A stretch of 63,970 bases of DNA, the filler included, from an uncultured bacterium (GTDB taxonomy: Bacteria; Auribacterota; CAZIXI01): NCBI GenBank assembly GCA_964543115.1. It is 4 parts of 4 records of this genome, joined end to end, with 100 filler letters (N's around TTAATTAATTAA, not from the genome) between each part and the next. Parts side by side here need not be neighbours in the genome. Positions count along the whole stretch, not along the records: positions 54,906 to 63,970 come from CAZIXI010000135.1; 3 more parts are not named here. One strand, given 5' to 3'. Position 1 is the first letter of the stretch, and every line of letters begins with the position of its first letter. The translations under genes and the position numbers were made by a program. Positions 59,496 through 63,970 of the stretch are shown one piece after another. Below the pieces are notes generated by a model that saw only the letters and a program-made list of their open reading frames with translations, made no database searches and was not told where the DNA came from.

Positions 59496-60314
59496 ATGGC
59501 AAAGTTTTCTAAGATTGGCGAGAAGCAGGTTACCAGGGCGATTGTAAAAGATTTTTGTGATGAATTTATTAATAATATAAGTACAGATGTGATTATAGTG
59601 GGGGGAGGGCCAAGTGGATTGGTGGCCGGAAAGAGGCTGGCTGAGGATGGCGTAAAAGTATTAATAATCGAGGCTAACAATTATTTAGGCGGCGGATTCT
59701 GGATCGGCGGTTATTTAATGAATGGGGTGACGGTAAGAGATCCGGGCCAAAAAGTGCTGGCTGAAATCGGGGTGCCCTATAAAGAAGTGGAGAAGGGATT
59801 ATATTTAGCTAACGGCCCTCATGCCGTCAGTAAACTTATTGCTGCCAGCTGTGATGCCGGGGTCAAGATAGTTAATATGACGAAGTTCGATGATGTTGTC
59901 TTGCGGGAAAAAAACAGGGTGGCCGGAGTAGTGATTAACTGGACGCCGGTGGGCGCCTTGCCGCGGGCAATTACCTGTGTGGATCCCGTGGCCCTGGAGA
60001 CAAAGGTGGTTATTGATGCCACCGGGCATGATGCCTGTGTTGCCAGTTCTCTGGCTAGAAGAGAATTGCTTGAGCTTAAAGGATATGGTGCTATGTGGGT
60101 GGAAAAATCAGAAGATCTGGTAGTAGAAAAAACCGGCCAGATTTATCCGGGGCTTATTGCCTCCGGTATGGCTGTGGCCACAGTATTTGGGATTCCGCGA
60201 ATGGGACCGACATTTGGCGGGATGCTGCTCAGCGGGGAAAAGGCAGCTGCTGAAGCTAAGAAACTACTTGGCGCAAAAAGTGCGGCTGAGGCAGAATTAG
60301 CGGCGATGACCTGA
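59496..60314 (+). CDS. thi4: Thi4-type thiazole synthase
   Basis: [31 protein letters not shown] and [14 protein letters not shown]. Confidence 0.95.
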   Translation: MAKFSKIGEKQVTRAIVKDFCDEFINNISTDVIIVGGGPSGLVAGKRLAEDGVKVLIIEANNYLGGGFWIGGYLMNGVTVRDPGQKVLAEIGVPYKEVEKGLYLANGPHAVSKLIAASCDAGVKIVNMTKFDDVVLREKNRVAGVVINWTPVGALPRAITCVDPVALETKVVIDATGHDACVASSLARRELLELKGYGAMWVEKSEDLVVEKTGQIYPGLIASGMAVATVFGIPRMGPTFGGMLLSGEKAAAEAKKLLGAKSAAEAELAAMT

Positions 60315-60334
60315 TCTTGGGGATAGAGGAAATC

Positions 60335-60377
60335 AACCTCTTATCCCTGGAAGCAATCGGGGGTAAGAGGTTTTTTT
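60335..60377 (+). terminator. Intrinsic terminator after thi4
   Basis: AACCTCTTATCCC pairs with GGGGTAAGAGGTT and is followed by a T7 run. Confidence 0.7.
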
Positions 60378-60395
60378 CTGCCTGGACGGGATGTC

Positions 60396-60475
60396 CGCCT
60401 TCGGCGTAGAACAGCTCATCCCGATGGCGCTTCGCGCATCGGAGCGGTATCAGAATTTGAAAAATTCTGATACCG
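60396..60475. repeat. Cluster of three hairpins (UUCG-loop types and a 15-bp perfect IR)
   Basis: CGCC-TTC-GGCG; CCGATG...TTCG...CATCGG; GCGGTATCAGAATTT-GA-AAATTCTGATACCGC. Confidence 0.75.
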
Positions 60476-60519
60476 CGAAATGATTATGTACAACATTACT
60501 GGAAAAGATGATATACTAA

Positions 60520-61848
<1,329 letters not shown>

Positions 61849-61868
61849 GAGAACTCTTTGAGGAGAGA

Positions 61869-62990
61869 ATGACAAAAAATATCGTTGAAACAAAATATTT
61901 TACCTTTGCCGAACCGCCAGACGAATTGGTTTTGGAAGACGGTAAAAAGGTCGGGCCGGTTACTATCGCTTATGAAACTTACGGCAACCTCAATCAGGAG
62001 CGGTCCAATGCCGTGCTGGTTTGTCACTCCCTCAGCGGAGACGCGCATGCCGCCGGATTCCATCAGGGAGCGAAAAAACCCGGCTGGTGGCATGAGATGA
62101 TCGGTCCGGGCAAGGCCTTTGATACAGATAAGTATTTTGTTATTTGTTCCAATGTTCTTGGCGGCTGTAAAGGTTCAACCGGTCCGCTTTCCCTGGATCC
62201 GAAGACCGGACGGCCTTATGGGCTCAGTTTTCCTTTAGTAACTATTGCTGATATGGTTTCCGCCCAGCGTATTCTCGTTGATCAGCTGGGGATAGATAAA
62301 TTATTGTGTGTAACCGGCGGTTCTATGGGGGGGATGCAGGTCCTGCAATGGTTGGTCTCTTTTCCGGAGAAAGTGAAATCGGCGATCCCGATTGCCACCG
62401 CCGCTCATCATTCCGCCCAGCAGATTGCCTTTAATGAAGTGGGCCGGCAGGCGGTTATGGCGGATCCTAACTGGAATGACGGTGATTATTATGACGGTGA
62501 TTTTCCCGCCAAGGGGCTGGCGGTAGCCAGAATGGTGGGTCATATTACCTATATGAGTGAGCCGTCAATGATGAATAAATTCGGCCGGCGCATCAGAGAC
62601 GGTAAAGAACCGTTTAAGTTTGCCGAGGAATTTGAGGTGCAGGAGTACCTGAAACATAAGGGGAAAACTTTTGTTAAACGCTTTGACGCTAATTCCTATT
62701 TGTATTTGTCCCGGGCCATTGATTATTTTGATCTAACCCGGGATAAACCTTTGGCGCAGATTTTCAAGAAAGTTAAATCATCAATTTTGGTGATTGCCTT
62801 CAAGTCCGACTGGCTTTATACACCGGAACAGTCACGGGGAATTGTCCGGGCCTGTAAGGTTAACGGGATAGATGTTTCTTATTGCGAGATAGATTCTGCC
62901 TATGGGCATGACGCCTTTTTGCTGGAATTCAAAGAAGAAACGCATTTAATAAAGCATTTCCTTGAAAAGGTATCCAGGAGCAAGAAATGA
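61869..62990 (+). CDS. metX: Homoserine O-acetyltransferase
   Basis: [41 protein letters not shown] and YGHDAFL. Confidence 0.96.
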   Translation: MTKNIVETKYFTFAEPPDELVLEDGKKVGPVTIAYETYGNLNQERSNAVLVCHSLSGDAHAAGFHQGAKKPGWWHEMIGPGKAFDTDKYFVICSNVLGGCKGSTGPLSLDPKTGRPYGLSFPLVTIADMVSAQRILVDQLGIDKLLCVTGGSMGGMQVLQWLVSFPEKVKSAIPIATAAHHSAQQIAFNEVGRQAVMADPNWNDGDYYDGDFPAKGLAVARMVGHITYMSEPSMMNKFGRRIRDGKEPFKFAEEFEVQEYLKHKGKTFVKRFDANSYLYLSRAIDYFDLTRDKPLAQIFKKVKSSILVIAFKSDWLYTPEQSRGIVRACKVNGIDVSYCEIDSAYGHDAFLLEFKEETHLIKHFLEKVSRSKK

Positions 62991-63565
62991 GAGTTGACTA
63001 TAAAATTATTTTTGACTGGATAGAAACCGGGGCCCGGGTGCTTGACCTGGGATGCGGTGATGGAGAGTTGTTGAGCCTGTTAACAGTAGATAAGAAGGTC
63101 AAGGGGCAGGGGCTGGAAATCAATGAAAAAAGCATCTATGCCTGTATGGCCAAGGGTTTGAGCGTGTGCCACGGCGATATTGACAGCGGTCTGCCCGAGT
63201 ATGGTGATAAGACCTTTGATTATGTAATTCTCAATCAGACATTCCAGCAGGTAAAGAATCCTGATTTTGTTTTACAGGAAGCCCTGCGGGTGGGTTACAG
63301 GGCGATTGTCGGATTTCCTAATTTTGTTTATTATAAAGGCCGGCTGCAGTTGTTTTTTAAGGGAAAGGTGCCGGTATTTCCCTCACTTCCTTACACCTGG
63401 TACAGTACCCCCAACCTGCATTTCCTGAGTATCCTGGATTTCCAGGATTATTGTAAGAGCCGGGATATTCGCGTCGAGCAGACAGGGTTTGTTTCCGGGG
63501 ACGAGCAAATCACTTTCCTTCCCAATTTTTTTGCCCAGGCAGGGATTTTCTTAATATCCAAGTAG
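62987..63565 (+). CDS. metW: Methionine biosynthesis protein MetW
   Basis: [29 protein letters not shown] and [15 protein letters not shown]. Confidence 0.93.
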   Translation: MRVDYKIIFDWIETGARVLDLGCGDGELLSLLTVDKKVKGQGLEINEKSIYACMAKGLSVCHGDIDSGLPEYGDKTFDYVILNQTFQQVKNPDFVLQEALRVGYRAIVGFPNFVYYKGRLQLFFKGKVPVFPSLPYTWYSTPNLHFLSILDFQDYCKSRDIRVEQTGFVSGDEQITFLPNFFAQAGIFLISK

Positions 63566-63614
63566 TTGTTAAAATTTCTCCAGGCTTCGCTTGGGGCAGC
63601 TATTAGAGGAGTTG

Positions 63615-63970
63615 TTATACTTCCTTTTTTACCGGTTTAGAGGTTTGAAATTGAGCGGCAATACTAGCTGCCTGTTCGGGTCGAAGATCTCCATTGGCAA
63701 TTGCCGTGTTTACCAGTACACCTTGATAGCGAAAATTAAGGCCCGATTTGGGAATGCCGGGTTTTTCTTTACCAATAACAACAACCTCGCCAGATTGTAA
63801 TCTTTCCTGACGGCGTATTTTATTAATATATTCCTGCTGTTTTTTATGGGTTACTAGAGGCTTAATGAGGGAGCCGGTTACTTTTTTCCCCCTGATATCC
63901 AGTTTGTTCCCCAAAATATAATCAACTCCCAGCTGGGCAGCCAATGAACTGAGGAACGGTTCCAGGCCGG
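63615..63970 (-). CDS. HAD-IB/SerB-like domain, C-terminal fragment (5' end outside window)
   Basis: The frame is open to the window edge: GLEPFLSSLAAQLGVDYILGNKLDIRGKKVTG resembles SerB (LGIDxxxANxLEIxDGKLTG). Confidence 0.55.
   Translation of the reverse strand, partial: GLEPFLSSLAAQLGVDYILGNKLDIRGKKVTGSLIKPLVTHKKQQEYINKIRRQERLQSGEVVVIGKEKPGIPKSGLNFRYQGVLVNTAIANGDLRPEQAASIAAQFQTSKPVKKEV

Overview
This is a draft-genome pseudomolecule of four contigs joined by artificial 100-nt spacers (44 N + TTAATTAATTAA + 44 N at 18573-18672, 37195-37294 and 54806-54905), so adjacency across spacers means nothing. The organism is an anaerobic bacterium, plausibly Omnitrophota (inferred from the giant-protein style and gene content, not verified). 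Contig 1 (1-18572) carries a KaiB/receiver/PAS-kinase signalling cluster, a secreted 8-blade beta-propeller, three GT-C-type membrane proteins (one fused to an alpha/beta hydrolase), an aromatic amino acid permease, two B12-binding radical SAM enzymes with a MarR regulator, and an orphan kinase. Contig 2 (18673-37194) carries an HTH-MNT/HEPN toxin-antitoxin pair and a truncated giant ORF of at least 5648 aa, which is the highlight. That ORF has a signal peptide, a ChaN/Tiki-like domain, helical repeats, two HEAH domains and an intramembrane CPBP protease domain. These are followed by six tandem midasin/MoxR-type AAA+ modules arranged as an apparently circularly permuted (AB)3 single-chain ring, a CobT-like HExxH/EDxRIE domain and a (GE)n acidic linker that runs into the gap. 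Contig 3 (37295-54805) is a group 4 Mrp-linked [NiFe]-hydrogenase operon with an AsrA/AsrB-like NAD(P)H module and hycI-hypA-hypF-hypC-hypD-hypE; its HypA lacks the zinc finger and hypB is absent. Contig 4 (54906-63970) has a cusA end, Rrf2-ferredoxin-hcp-HD, Rrf2-thi4 (Cys type), metY-metX-metW and a partial HAD-like gene. Several families of short intergenic palindromic repeats occur throughout. No rRNA, tRNA or CRISPR array was found. All family assignments come from motif recognition by eye, and no database searches were run.
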